A stretch of DNA of 64,000 nt from positions 137-64,136 of the forward strand of contig JALZWA010000034.1 in the NCBI GenBank assembly GCA_023299815.1, given 5' to 3'. A program made the position numbers and the translations under genes. The notes under the pieces are model-generated. The model ran no database searches, had not been told where the DNA came from, and saw only the letters and a list, made by a program, of their open reading frames with translations. The stretch comes from Akkermansiaceae bacterium (GTDB lineage: Bacteria; Verrucomicrobiota; Verrucomicrobiia; Verrucomicrobiales; Akkermansiaceae). Below, in pieces: positions 16,953 through 25,759 of this stretch (positions are counted from its first letter, which is position 1; each line of letters opens with the position of its first letter).

Positions 16953-17678
16953 TTACTGACGGTAGCGGTAGTGGCCGATCACCTTGTAATCGAAGAGGCG
17001 GTTTTCCCAAGTCGGGGTGCCGTTCATACCATGCACGACCCATTTCTCGGTCTTCAGCGCTCCGGGTCCCGGAACGACGATGCCAATGTGGCTCTGCCCA
17101 TCAACGAGACGCCAAACAACGATATCACCGACTCCGTAGTCGAAGACTTCAGATGAGATCGGTAGTGACTGGCCTTCCCGGCTAAAGAAGCGCTGGAGAT
17201 TCGGCACGAGGCGGTGATCGATATTCGGATCCGCTTCCTTACGACGATAAATCTGGGGATAGCGGCGGAAGTTCTCGCTCATGTCCGCGTGGACAGCCTC
17301 TTGGAGGTCTACGCCGACTCCGCGGAAGGAGCGAACGATGAGGTCAGCGCGGTTTCCTTTGTCCTCAGGGATATCGCCATTGGGGAAATCAATCTTGTAG
17401 TAAGATTCGTCGTAAGAGACCTTACTCTTCGTCTGCTGAAGAGCTTGAGCAGCAAGAAGGGAGGAGAAATTACCCTCGCTCCGAAGCTCTTCGATGCCTT
17501 CGTTGATATTGCCGCTGGAGGTCAGGTCTTGCTGAGCCTGCAGGAAAGGAAGGAGAGGACGAAGAAAGACACCTCCAAGAATGAGCGCGAAAATCACGAG
17601 AAGCCAGCCGCCCAGTGGGTTACGGCGCTTTCGCTGAGTAGGCGCAGCGCCTACATATTCGAGAGGGGTATTTCTCAT
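16953..17678 (-). CDS. DUF1287-family protein, membrane-anchored/periplasmic
   Basis: N-terminal TM helix, then the DUF1287-like core ADLIVRSFRGVGVDLQEAVHADMSENFRRYP...DPNIDHRLVPNLQRFFSREG...GDIVVWRL..GQSHIGIVV. Confidence 0.7.
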   Translation of the reverse strand: MRNTPLEYVGAAPTQRKRRNPLGGWLLVIFALILGGVFLRPLLPFLQAQQDLTSSGNINEGIEELRSEGNFSSLLAAQALQQTKSKVSYDESYYKIDFPNGDIPEDKGNRADLIVRSFRGVGVDLQEAVHADMSENFRRYPQIYRRKEADPNIDHRLVPNLQRFFSREGQSLPISSEVFDYGVGDIVVWRLVDGQSHIGIVVPGPGALKTEKWVVHGMNGTPTWENRLFDYKVIGHYRYRQ

Positions 17679-17767
17679 GAAGTGGAAGTGTAAATAACTT
17701 AAGTTGTTACGGTTTGCGAGAGTTTATCTGTCGTAAACCTTGAAAAAGGTCACTTTTTTCGTAAAAA

Positions 17768-18379
17768 ATGGCCCTCTTGAGCCTATTTAGCGTCATTTTT
17801 ACAGATTCCTCTCCCAGTTTTGCATCGCTTTGGGAGCGAGGGCAGGACCTCAATGACGATTGGTTTGGGGGGAAATCTAAATTTTATCCACATTTTTTAT
17901 GCGCAGTGGACGGTTCTCATTTCTATTTTCTGGCTGGGGGTCGAGGCACAGCTGCTTACCACCCAGATGGGACAGAGGGCAAATTTCAGCCGGATCTCTG
18001 GAAATACGATGTCGCCGAGTTCTTCCTCGCCTCACCAGACGGTTCCTATCTTGAATTCAATCTTTCGCCAAATGGAGCCTGGTGGTCCGCCCGCTTCAAC
18101 AAGCCGCGAGTGGCGCGCGATCTCCCACCACTTGCTGGAGTAGAGACGGTGAGCGAGATCACGGATGAGAGCTGGCAGGTCCGAGCCGCGATTCCGCTGA
18201 GCGAGTTAGGTTCTCTCGAGGGGGCTCTTTTCAATGTCACCTTTATCCTAGGATCGCCGGCACAGCAGTTCTTCACCGCGGCCCCTCCTGGCGATGGTGC
18301 TCCGGATTTTCACCGCCCCGATCTTTTCCTACCAATGAGCCTTCCCTCCCGTGGCGATGCTCGGCAGACTGAGTCCTGA
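17768..18379 (+). CDS. Hypothetical protein, possibly carbohydrate-binding family-9-like fold
   Basis: The pattern LWKYDVAEFFLASPDGSYLEFNLSPNGAWW resembles CBM9-like domains. The assignment is weak. Confidence 0.35.
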   Translation: MALLSLFSVIFTDSSPSFASLWERGQDLNDDWFGGKSKFYPHFLCAVDGSHFYFLAGGRGTAAYHPDGTEGKFQPDLWKYDVAEFFLASPDGSYLEFNLSPNGAWWSARFNKPRVARDLPPLAGVETVSEITDESWQVRAAIPLSELGSLEGALFNVTFILGSPAQQFFTAAPPGDGAPDFHRPDLFLPMSLPSRGDARQTES

Positions 18380-19320
18380 TGTCAGACGCCGGAGCCACGA
18401 TCATCGCCTCGCCCGAGGCTTTCGAAGAAGCATGCTTCAGCATTCCCGCCGCGCGCGCGCTGCACTATGCAGGGGCGAGGATCTCCATCGCCGCTCCCGA
18501 GGAATTGGTTCCGCTTTGGGAATCTGTCACGGAGGTTGCCGAGGTGATTCCGCACAACGGATCAGCACGTAAGTTGGCGAAGCTCGTGGGAGAATTCACG
18601 CACTCTCTCGCATGGGAGGAGGGCGCAGCCGGCATCGCTTTTTCAAAAGCCGGCATCGCGAAGCGCAGTGGTCCACCGGCCGAGAAGCTCGCGAAATTTC
18701 TCACCGATCCGCTCGTGATCGAGCATAAGGTCGGCCCCGCGACTCACCGCGTGCGGCACTACCTGCTCATCGCCGAAAAGATGGGCGCACAGCCCTTCGA
18801 GGCTGTCAATTTCCAATCCCCTCCCCGCCCTGCTGCCGATGGCGTGACGCGGATCGGGATCGCGCCGGGCTCGGACTTCGGTCCCTCATCCGAGTGGCCC
18901 CTCGCTCGCTTTCAGGAACTCGCGCAAAACTTTGGCAGCGGAGAGCTCATCATTTTCCCATCGCCCGATCGCCCCAAGCCAGCACAGGCATTGGCCAAGG
19001 AATTGGGCAACCGCGCGACTCTCGCTCCCGCTGATCTCACCGCGCAACTTTCGCTTTTAGCCCAGTGCGACCTCCTCATCGGAAATGATGGCGCCATTCC
19101 GCATCTCGCGGCTCATGTGGGGACACGCTGCCTCACCATCTTCGGGCCGAATGACCCGACTTGGAAGCGCCCACTCGGAACAATCCACAAGGTCCTTCAT
19201 CAGCTCGGACCCTGCAGTTCTTGCTTCTTAGCAAAGTGCCCTCTCGACCACCGCTGCATGAACGAGATCACGGTGGAGAAAGTCTTTCAAAAGGCGCTTA
19301 CCTTTTTCCCCCAAGCCTAG
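18379..19320 (+). CDS. Glycosyltransferase family 9 (ADP-heptose:LPS heptosyltransferase-like)
   Basis: IGIAPGSDFGPSSEWPLARFQELA and LLAQCDLLIGNDGAIPHLAAHVGTRCLTIFGPNDP are GT9 signatures. TGATG overlap with the upstream gene. Confidence 0.75.
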   Translation: MSDAGATIIASPEAFEEACFSIPAARALHYAGARISIAAPEELVPLWESVTEVAEVIPHNGSARKLAKLVGEFTHSLAWEEGAAGIAFSKAGIAKRSGPPAEKLAKFLTDPLVIEHKVGPATHRVRHYLLIAEKMGAQPFEAVNFQSPPRPAADGVTRIGIAPGSDFGPSSEWPLARFQELAQNFGSGELIIFPSPDRPKPAQALAKELGNRATLAPADLTAQLSLLAQCDLLIGNDGAIPHLAAHVGTRCLTIFGPNDPTWKRPLGTIHKVLHQLGPCSSCFLAKCPLDHRCMNEITVEKVFQKALTFFPQA

Positions 19321-19763
19321 TCCGGCATCACGTATTCTATCAGCACGGACTGGACCGCGGTGTAGAACCGGCCACGGCGGTAAGCTCCCTGCTCTTCGGC
19401 TGAAGAGAGTTCTTCGATAACCACTTTTTCATCCGCCCCGAAATGATGCACACGCTCCAACCCGAGCCGAGCCTGATTCAGCGCGCCATACCACGCCTCA
19501 CTTTCCTCCGGTAAAATGATGACCTCTCCCTCTTTTCGGCCTGCTTTGAGAGCGCTGATCACAACCTCTAACTGACTGGAAAAATGAAGCTCTAAATCTG
19601 GAACGACAATATCATCCCACATCGACTCCTCATCCATCAGTCCACTAAATCGCTTGGCCAAATCCTCATTGGCATCGAGCGCGATGGCCGAGATAACATT
19701 CCAATCATCGTCATCCTCCGGGATGATCTTGAGGCCACCCTCCACTGTCGGCTGGACGGTCAT
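19317..19763 (-). CDS. Acidic hypothetical protein coupled to clpS (possibly DUF2017-like)
   Basis: 148-aa ORF overlapping the clpS stop by 4 nt. Family guess from memory only. Confidence 0.4.
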   Translation of the reverse strand: MTVQPTVEGGLKIIPEDDDDWNVISAIALDANEDLAKRFSGLMDEESMWDDIVVPDLELHFSSQLEVVISALKAGRKEGEVIILPEESEAWYGALNQARLGLERVHHFGADEKVVIEELSSAEEQGAYRRGRFYTAVQSVLIEYVMPD

Positions 19764-20050
19764 GATTGCTTCTGTAGCGTCGCGTGGAGCTGGGCGCTGT
19801 GGAGCTGCTGGACATACATTTCCGCCTTCTCACGGCCGCCACTCCAGACGATCGCTTTCCCCTGCTCGTGGACTGCCATCATCATTTCTTCCGCCTTCTC
19901 ACGGGAGTAGCCAAAGATCTTGCAGAGCACACGCGCGACATATTCCATTAGGTTCACCGGATCATCGAGCACGATGACATCCCAAGGACGGTCGGTCTTT
20001 TCCTTCGTCCGAGTCTCGCTTTTCCGAGTAGGGGCTGTAACAGATTTCAT
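19760..20050 (-). CDS. clpS: ATP-dependent Clp protease adaptor ClpS
   Basis: WDVIVLDDPVNLMEYVARVLCKIFGYSREKAEEMMMAVHEQGKAIVWSG is the canonical ClpS core. Confidence 0.9.
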   Translation of the reverse strand: MKSVTAPTRKSETRTKEKTDRPWDVIVLDDPVNLMEYVARVLCKIFGYSREKAEEMMMAVHEQGKAIVWSGGREKAEMYVQQLHSAQLHATLQKQS

Positions 20051-20053
20051 GGA

Positions 20054-21826
20054 CTAAATTTCAACCGCTTGAGCAGGTGCGTCGATCCACTTACCATGCT
20101 CACGGATGAGGTCTTGAAGACGCTCGACGGCTTCCGCCTCAGGGATATTAAACTTCACCGCTTGCTTCCCTACGTAGAGGTTAATTTTCCCAGGGGCGCC
20201 GCCTACGTAACCGAAGTCCGCATCGGCCATCTCGCCGGGGCCATTCACGATGCAACCCATCACCGCGATGCGCACACCCTTCAGGTGACCGGTAGCCGCG
20301 CGAATATTTTGCGTGGTGTCTTGCAGGTTAAAGAGCGTCCGCCCGCAACTTGGGCAGGCCACATAATCTGTCTTAAAGATGCGCGCTCCGGACGCCTGCA
20401 AGATGTTGTAGGAAAGACGGAGTGACTGCCCGGGCGCGGACTCACCCTGCATGATAATCGCATCGCCGATGCCATCGCAGATCAGCGAGCCGATCGTCAT
20501 CGCCCCACGAAGAAGAGTCGGCAAGAAGTCATCAGACTTAGGCTTGAGGGTATCTTTTAAAAGAATGATGTGACGCGCATCTAAACGAGCCGCAAGAAGG
20601 CGGAAAGCCGCGATAGGCGCGAGATCGATGCCATCCGAAACGGTCACAAGCTGAGCCTCAGAGGCCTCATTGATCTTCTGAATCGCAGACGCATCGCGCG
20701 GATCAATCGCACGGATCTCAGAGTCCTCAATGACGATCTCCGGCTGGTAATCGCCCATCTGATCAAGCTTATGCGAGACCGCATCGTATTTCTCACGAGA
20801 GGTGAAGACGCGCACGAGCTCGGTCCCGCCAAGGCGGTGATCGTTTCGAGAAATGATTTCGCTTTTACGACGCTCGTATTCGAAGGGGTTCCACGAGGGA
20901 GCAAAGGCCTCCGTAATTTTTCCTGTAGGGAGACTTTTCGCCTCTATGACAAGGGCCTGAGCCACCGGAACTTCATGAACGGCGTCCTCGGTAAGACTGA
21001 CGCGGATCGTATCGCCGATGCCATCCGCAAGGAGACTACCAATGCCGATCGCGCTCTTAATCCGGCCATCCTCACCATCGCCTGCTTCCGTGACACCAAG
21101 GTGAAGAGGATAATTCCAGTCCGGACCCTCACTCGCGAGACGCGCGACGAGGAGACGGTAAGCCTCGATCATGACCTTCGGATTCGAGGCCTTCATCGAG
21201 AACGCAAAGTTATGATAATCCTGCTCGCGAGCTAGACGGGCGAACTCCAGCGCACTCTCCACCATCCCCAGCGGAGTATCGCCGTAGCGGTTCATGATGC
21301 GATCGCTCAGCGATCCGTGATTCGTGCCGATACGCATCGCACGGCCCAGATCTTTACAAAGAGTCACCAGCGGCTCGAACTCCTCCCTAATTCGCTCTAG
21401 CTCCTCCGCATATTGCTCGTCGGTATATTCGCGGATCTCGAACTTCTTCTTATCCGCGTAGTTCCCTGGATTGACGCGAATCTTTTCCACCCACTTGGCC
21501 GCCTCGAAAGCCGCATCCGGCTTAAAGTGGATATCCGCCACCAGCGGAACATCGCAACCCGCCGCACGCACACCATCGCGAATATTCTCCAGATTCGCCG
21601 CATATTTTTTGGTCTGCGCCGTGATCCGCACAATCTGGCAACCCGCCTCCGCCAGCTGCAGCACCTCCGCCACACAAGCCTCGGTATCGCGGGTATCCGA
21701 GGTGATCATGGACTGAACCACCACCGGGTTTCCGCCACCCATTTTGACATTTCCCACGGTGACTTCACGCGACTTCCTCCGCTGGTAGCGGAAAAGGTCT
21801 TCACAATATTGCAGCTCGACTGACAT
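20054..21826 (-). CDS. ispG: 4-hydroxy-3-methylbut-2-en-1-yl diphosphate synthase, long (insert-containing) form
   Basis: N-terminal TIM-barrel part (VGNVKMGGGNPVVVQSMITSDT, VRINPGN) and C-terminal 4Fe-4S part (CPSCGRT...GCIVNGPGE), with a large middle insert. Start set at Met19. Confidence 0.9.
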   Translation of the reverse strand: MSVELQYCEDLFRYQRRKSREVTVGNVKMGGGNPVVVQSMITSDTRDTEACVAEVLQLAEAGCQIVRITAQTKKYAANLENIRDGVRAAGCDVPLVADIHFKPDAAFEAAKWVEKIRVNPGNYADKKKFEIREYTDEQYAEELERIREEFEPLVTLCKDLGRAMRIGTNHGSLSDRIMNRYGDTPLGMVESALEFARLAREQDYHNFAFSMKASNPKVMIEAYRLLVARLASEGPDWNYPLHLGVTEAGDGEDGRIKSAIGIGSLLADGIGDTIRVSLTEDAVHEVPVAQALVIEAKSLPTGKITEAFAPSWNPFEYERRKSEIISRNDHRLGGTELVRVFTSREKYDAVSHKLDQMGDYQPEIVIEDSEIRAIDPRDASAIQKINEASEAQLVTVSDGIDLAPIAAFRLLAARLDARHIILLKDTLKPKSDDFLPTLLRGAMTIGSLICDGIGDAIIMQGESAPGQSLRLSYNILQASGARIFKTDYVACPSCGRTLFNLQDTTQNIRAATGHLKGVRIAVMGCIVNGPGEMADADFGYVGGAPGKINLYVGKQAVKFNIPEAEAVERLQDLIREHGKWIDAPAQAVEI

Positions 21827-21919
21827 TCTTAGACGACTCCTTAAGCCAAAATCACCCGCTCGGCAATCGCTGGAATTCACCCATTGCCCTAATCACCTCC
21901 TCCTTTTAGAATATCGCCC

Positions 21920-22738
21920 ATGAAAGTGGTTACCATTCTCTTCTTTCTCAGCCTCGTCTGCCTCGCAAAAGAAGCCGCACCTGTCGAAAAAAAGACCGAT
22001 TTCCTGCGCGTCGAGCACAGTGAAAAAATCGCCAAACTCCAGACCGCAGTCACCATTTACGAAAAAGACGGCGCCAAGGTCTCCCTCATCGGAGCCGTCC
22101 ACATCGCTGATCAATCCTACTACGACGCCCTTAACAAAAAATTCGCCACCTACGACCGCCTCCTTTTCGAGATGATCGGCGGCGAGCGCATGGGCGAGAT
22201 CCAGAAGCAGGGCGAAAAGCCCAGTTTCCTCGGCAAGACCTACGCCGCCGTCGCCGGCTTCCTCAAACTCGCCGACCAAAAAAAGGCCATCGACTACTCC
22301 GCAAAAAACTTCATCCACGCCGACCTCTCGCTCACCGAATTCAAAACCCTCCAAGAAAAACGCGACGAATCGCTCCTCAGCTTCGCCTTCAATGCCGGCC
22401 AAACTCCAAAGAAGAATAAAAAACAACCCAACTCCTTCAAACTCCTCACCGCAATGCTCACCGGAGACGCTGACAAACTGAAGCTAGAGCTCATCGAAGC
22501 CTTAGCCGATGGCGACGACCAAATCGGCGCCTTCGCAGGCGATTCCGTCATCATCACCGACCGCAATACCAAGTGCCTCCAAGTCCTCGACGCCCAACTC
22601 AAGGCAGGCCACAAAAACCTCGGCATCTTCTACGGCGCCGCCCATTTCCCCGACATGGAAAAAACCCTCAAAGAAAGAGGCTTCACCATCGGAAAGCAAG
22701 AGTGGCTCGACGCCTGGACCGTCAAGAAGGACGACTAA
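21920..22738 (+). CDS. TraB/GumN-family protein, secreted
   Basis: Signal peptide. GAVHIADQSYYDALN and FYGAAHFPDMEKTLKERGF resemble TraB/GumN motifs. Confidence 0.55.
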   Translation: MKVVTILFFLSLVCLAKEAAPVEKKTDFLRVEHSEKIAKLQTAVTIYEKDGAKVSLIGAVHIADQSYYDALNKKFATYDRLLFEMIGGERMGEIQKQGEKPSFLGKTYAAVAGFLKLADQKKAIDYSAKNFIHADLSLTEFKTLQEKRDESLLSFAFNAGQTPKKNKKQPNSFKLLTAMLTGDADKLKLELIEALADGDDQIGAFAGDSVIITDRNTKCLQVLDAQLKAGHKNLGIFYGAAHFPDMEKTLKERGFTIGKQEWLDAWTVKKDD

Positions 22739-23609
22739 AATGATCCCAGCCCCCGCTCAGATTATCGCCCTCATTCTCCGTCAGCGTTCCAATCCGCGTC
22801 AGCGTTGGAAATGATGCCGCCCACTCACTTTCCAGCTTCTTAGCCGAGCGATCTGAGATCGTAAAAAGAAGCTCATAATCCTCCCCATCCGCCAGCGCTG
22901 CCCCCACCGAACAGCCCCGCGTCCGCGGAATCGCCTCCCGCTCGATCTCAAACCCGCAGCCACTGAGCTTCGCCAGCCTTGGCAGATCCTTCGCCAGCCC
23001 ATCAGAGAGATCCATCATCGCGCGCACTCGAAAATTCTCCGTCAGCCAAGCCGCTTCCTCAAGACGCGGCGTAAAAGACAGATGCTTCCCCTTGATCGAT
23101 CCTCCTAGAAATCCCGTCACAAAAATCGCATCTCCCGGCCTTCCCCCATCTCTTGTCACCAGCTGTCGAGCCGTCACCGCCCCCCGTGCCGCCACCGAGA
23201 TCATGATCGGCGCCCCCGCCGGAAGCGACGTCGTCTCGCCTCCCACGATCACCCCGCCATGCTCCGCCAAGCACGCGCTCATCCCCTCATAAAGTGACCT
23301 CACCCAGCGCAGCGGCGTCTCCTTCGGCAGCGCCAGCGTCACCAGAAACTCCCCCGGCCGACCGCCCATCGCCGCAAAATCACTCAACACCCGCGCCACC
23401 GCCTTCCAGCCCACCTTCTTCGCAGGAGCCTTCGGCAAAAAATGAACCCCCTCCACCACCGCATCCGTCTTCAGCAGAATCAGAGACCGTCCCTCCCGCA
23501 CCACTGCACAATCATCCCCCGGCCCCACCACCACATTCTTGGCAAGCGCCAAGCCCTCACAAAGCTGCGCCACCAGCGGATCCTCACCCAACTCACCCAC
23601 CGTCTTCAT
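22722..23609 (-). CDS. thiL: Thiamine-monophosphate kinase
   Basis: AIR-synthase-like fold with GPGDDCAVV, LLKTDAVVEGVHF and GGETT motifs, and a typical length. Confidence 0.85.
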   Translation of the reverse strand: MKTVGELGEDPLVAQLCEGLALAKNVVVGPGDDCAVVREGRSLILLKTDAVVEGVHFLPKAPAKKVGWKAVARVLSDFAAMGGRPGEFLVTLALPKETPLRWVRSLYEGMSACLAEHGGVIVGGETTSLPAGAPIMISVAARGAVTARQLVTRDGGRPGDAIFVTGFLGGSIKGKHLSFTPRLEEAAWLTENFRVRAMMDLSDGLAKDLPRLAKLSGCGFEIEREAIPRTRGCSVGAALADGEDYELLFTISDRSAKKLESEWAASFPTLTRIGTLTENEGDNLSGGWDHFSRPS

Positions 23610-24433
23610 GACGCCCCCGCCCCCTTCGCGATCAGCATGATGGCCATTTGAGTTCCATTAAAGAGCGCATGACAAGCGATCGGCGGCCAGATCGAACCCG
23701 TCCGCTCGTAGAGCACCACCAGCAAAATCCCCATCACCGCCAGCACCGGAAAACTCGCCAGATTGAAATGAATCACGCCAAAAAGCACCCCCGAGAAAAG
23801 AGCCGCAAACCACTTCTCGCTGAAGCGCTTCACCACCGGATAAATATACCCTCGAAAAATCACCTCCTCCACAACCGGAGCCACCACCACCGCCACAAAA
23901 AGCGCCGCTCCCATGAATTTCCAGTCCTTCGTCGTCTCCAGCGCCTTCACCAGCGCCTGTGATCCCCCACCAAATCTCTCATTTACCCAACCCTGCCAAC
24001 CCGTGACATAAACAAGCACCATCACCGCAAAAATACTCAACACAAATACCGGTGCGATCACGAACACCTGCCGCCACCTCTCCCAGCGCAGCCCAAGAAA
24101 CTCCACCACACTCGCCCTCCAAAAAATCAACAGCGGCACCAGCCCCCCCATCAGCAGCATCCCCAGCGCCCCTGCCACCAATCGCGCCGTCGTAACCTCC
24201 ACCTGAGTCTGCAGCATGCCCCTCCAAGCCGAGACATACATCACCATAAAAGCCCCCACCACCACCAGATCGAGAGCCCGAATCGGCGACGTACTCACGC
24301 TCCCACCCAGATTCCACCCACTCTCCGGCCACCACTTCCGGATCAGCCAGTAACCCGGTAGCGCAATCCCAAAAAAAGCCACCACCGTCCCTAACAGAAT
24401 ATTCCCTAACAACGCATACTCAGCCCCACTCAC
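23606..24433 (-). CDS. CPBP-family (CAAX) intramembrane glutamic endopeptidase
   Basis: EEVIFRGYIY, FGVIHF and HALFNG motifs. The track ORF extends to 24691 but would overlap the divergent secreted gene, so the start is tentatively placed at GTG 24433. Confidence 0.7.
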   Translation of the reverse strand: MSGAEYALLGNILLGTVVAFFGIALPGYWLIRKWWPESGWNLGGSVSTSPIRALDLVVVGAFMVMYVSAWRGMLQTQVEVTTARLVAGALGMLLMGGLVPLLIFWRASVVEFLGLRWERWRQVFVIAPVFVLSIFAVMVLVYVTGWQGWVNERFGGGSQALVKALETTKDWKFMGAALFVAVVVAPVVEEVIFRGYIYPVVKRFSEKWFAALFSGVLFGVIHFNLASFPVLAVMGILLVVLYERTGSIWPPIACHALFNGTQMAIMLIAKGAGAS

Positions 24434-24527
24434 AAAAAAGACCCTAGAGACAGTCGCACCACTTATCCAATCATCAAATCTCCTCGCTAAGTGAAAGATT
24501 TTCGAACATGATCTCTTATATCTCTTT

Positions 24528-25271
24528 ATGAAGACTCTCTTCCTCCTACTCCTGCTTGCTCTTCCTCTCGCAGCAGTGCCCCGTGTCTTTACCGATACAA
24601 AGGGCCGCCCCCTCTCTGCTGAACTCGTCAAATCCGACGCCACCAAGGTCTGGCTCAAGCTCGATTCTGGAAAAACCACCGCTGTTCCCAAGAAGAACTT
24701 CAGCGAAGCAGACCAAGCCTACATCACAAAATGGGAAAAAGATCTCCTGCCCCAGACCCGCGTCGAGCCCAAGTTCATCCGCAGCAATACCAAGAACGAC
24801 GATGACGGCTACTTCTACGACTCCAGTCGTATCCAAAAGTTCAACATGTCCATCGAACTCAAAAACCTCAGCACTGACAAAGACCTCGAAACATCCGAGA
24901 TCATCTACTACCTCGTCGGAAAATCCAGCTCTGATGACACCTACAAGATCCTCGCCCGCCAAGTTGCCACCACCGGCGTCCCTAAGAGAGACAGCAAGGA
25001 AATCACCTTTAAGCCCATCAACAACCACTATCGCGATGACAAATCCTACAGCTCCGGCCACAAAGGCATCGGCTACGTTCTCCTCATCCAGCGCAAGCGC
25101 GATGGACGCCGCATCCACCTCAGCACCACATCTGCCCCGCTTGAGAGCGCTATCGAGAACATCATCCGCCTCAAGGAAGGAGACGTCACCGGGGCAAGCT
25201 TCATCAAAGCACCTCCCGTCCCCAGTGGTCGTAAAAAAGGTGGCGAGCCTGACACCATCATCATCCGCTAA
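24528..25271 (+). CDS. Secreted SHD1-domain protein
   Basis: Signal peptide MKTLFLLLLLALPLAA, then FTDTKGRPLSAELVKSDATKVWLKLDSGKTTAVPKKNFSEADQAYI, which matches the SLA1-homology-domain-1 pattern common in PVC bacteria. Confidence 0.6.
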   Translation: MKTLFLLLLLALPLAAVPRVFTDTKGRPLSAELVKSDATKVWLKLDSGKTTAVPKKNFSEADQAYITKWEKDLLPQTRVEPKFIRSNTKNDDDGYFYDSSRIQKFNMSIELKNLSTDKDLETSEIIYYLVGKSSSDDTYKILARQVATTGVPKRDSKEITFKPINNHYRDDKSYSSGHKGIGYVLLIQRKRDGRRIHLSTTSAPLESAIENIIRLKEGDVTGASFIKAPPVPSGRKKGGEPDTIIIR

Positions 25272-25666
25272 CCTCCTATAGGGCACTCACCCTCCTGCTG
25301 GTTTCTCAAAAAATCAGCCACCTGAGAAAAGAAAGCCATCAAGGCCTCTCGCGCATCCTCATCTGAGATCTCCTCCGCCGCAGCCGCTCCCATCAGCTCG
25401 ACCCAGCGGTCCCGCTCCGCCACCCCGATCTTGAAGGGCATATGCCTGCCCCTGAGCCGTGGATGCCCCCGCTTTTCCAAATACCGCTCATCCGCACCAA
25501 AGCGAAAGAGAAGAAAATCACGCAGCCGTTCCTCCGAGCCCTCCCAATCATCCGCCGGATACATCGGCCCGATCAGAAAATCCCTCCTCATCCTCCGGTA
25601 AAAATTCGCCGTCAATCGCGTGAAACCCTCTTCCCCCACCGCACCATAGATTTCTTCCTCATTCAT
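25268..25666 (-). CDS. Group II truncated haemoglobin (YjbI/GlbO-like)
   Basis: LRDFLLFRFGADERYLEKRGHPRLRGRHMPFKIGVAERDRWVELM is the trHbO signature region. Start set at Met11. Confidence 0.75.
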   Translation of the reverse strand: MNEEEIYGAVGEEGFTRLTANFYRRMRRDFLIGPMYPADDWEGSEERLRDFLLFRFGADERYLEKRGHPRLRGRHMPFKIGVAERDRWVELMGAAAAEEISDEDAREALMAFFSQVADFLRNQQEGECPIGG

Positions 25667-25759
25667 CAAGAATGATAAAGCAACCAATCGAAACAAAATT
25701 CAAGGATTGCTTCGTTCCCCTATCAGTTGTCACTCTGCACGCGCACCTTTTCTCAACTC

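Noticed and set aside
24434-24691. The N-terminal 86 codons of track ORF 23606-24691 (Arg/Ser-rich), which overlap the divergent gene 24528-25271.
   Set aside because: There is no Met in the region and the composition is non-membrane. It overlaps a gene with a clean signal peptide. An internal GTG at 24433 directly precedes the first TM helix, although the exact start remains uncertain.
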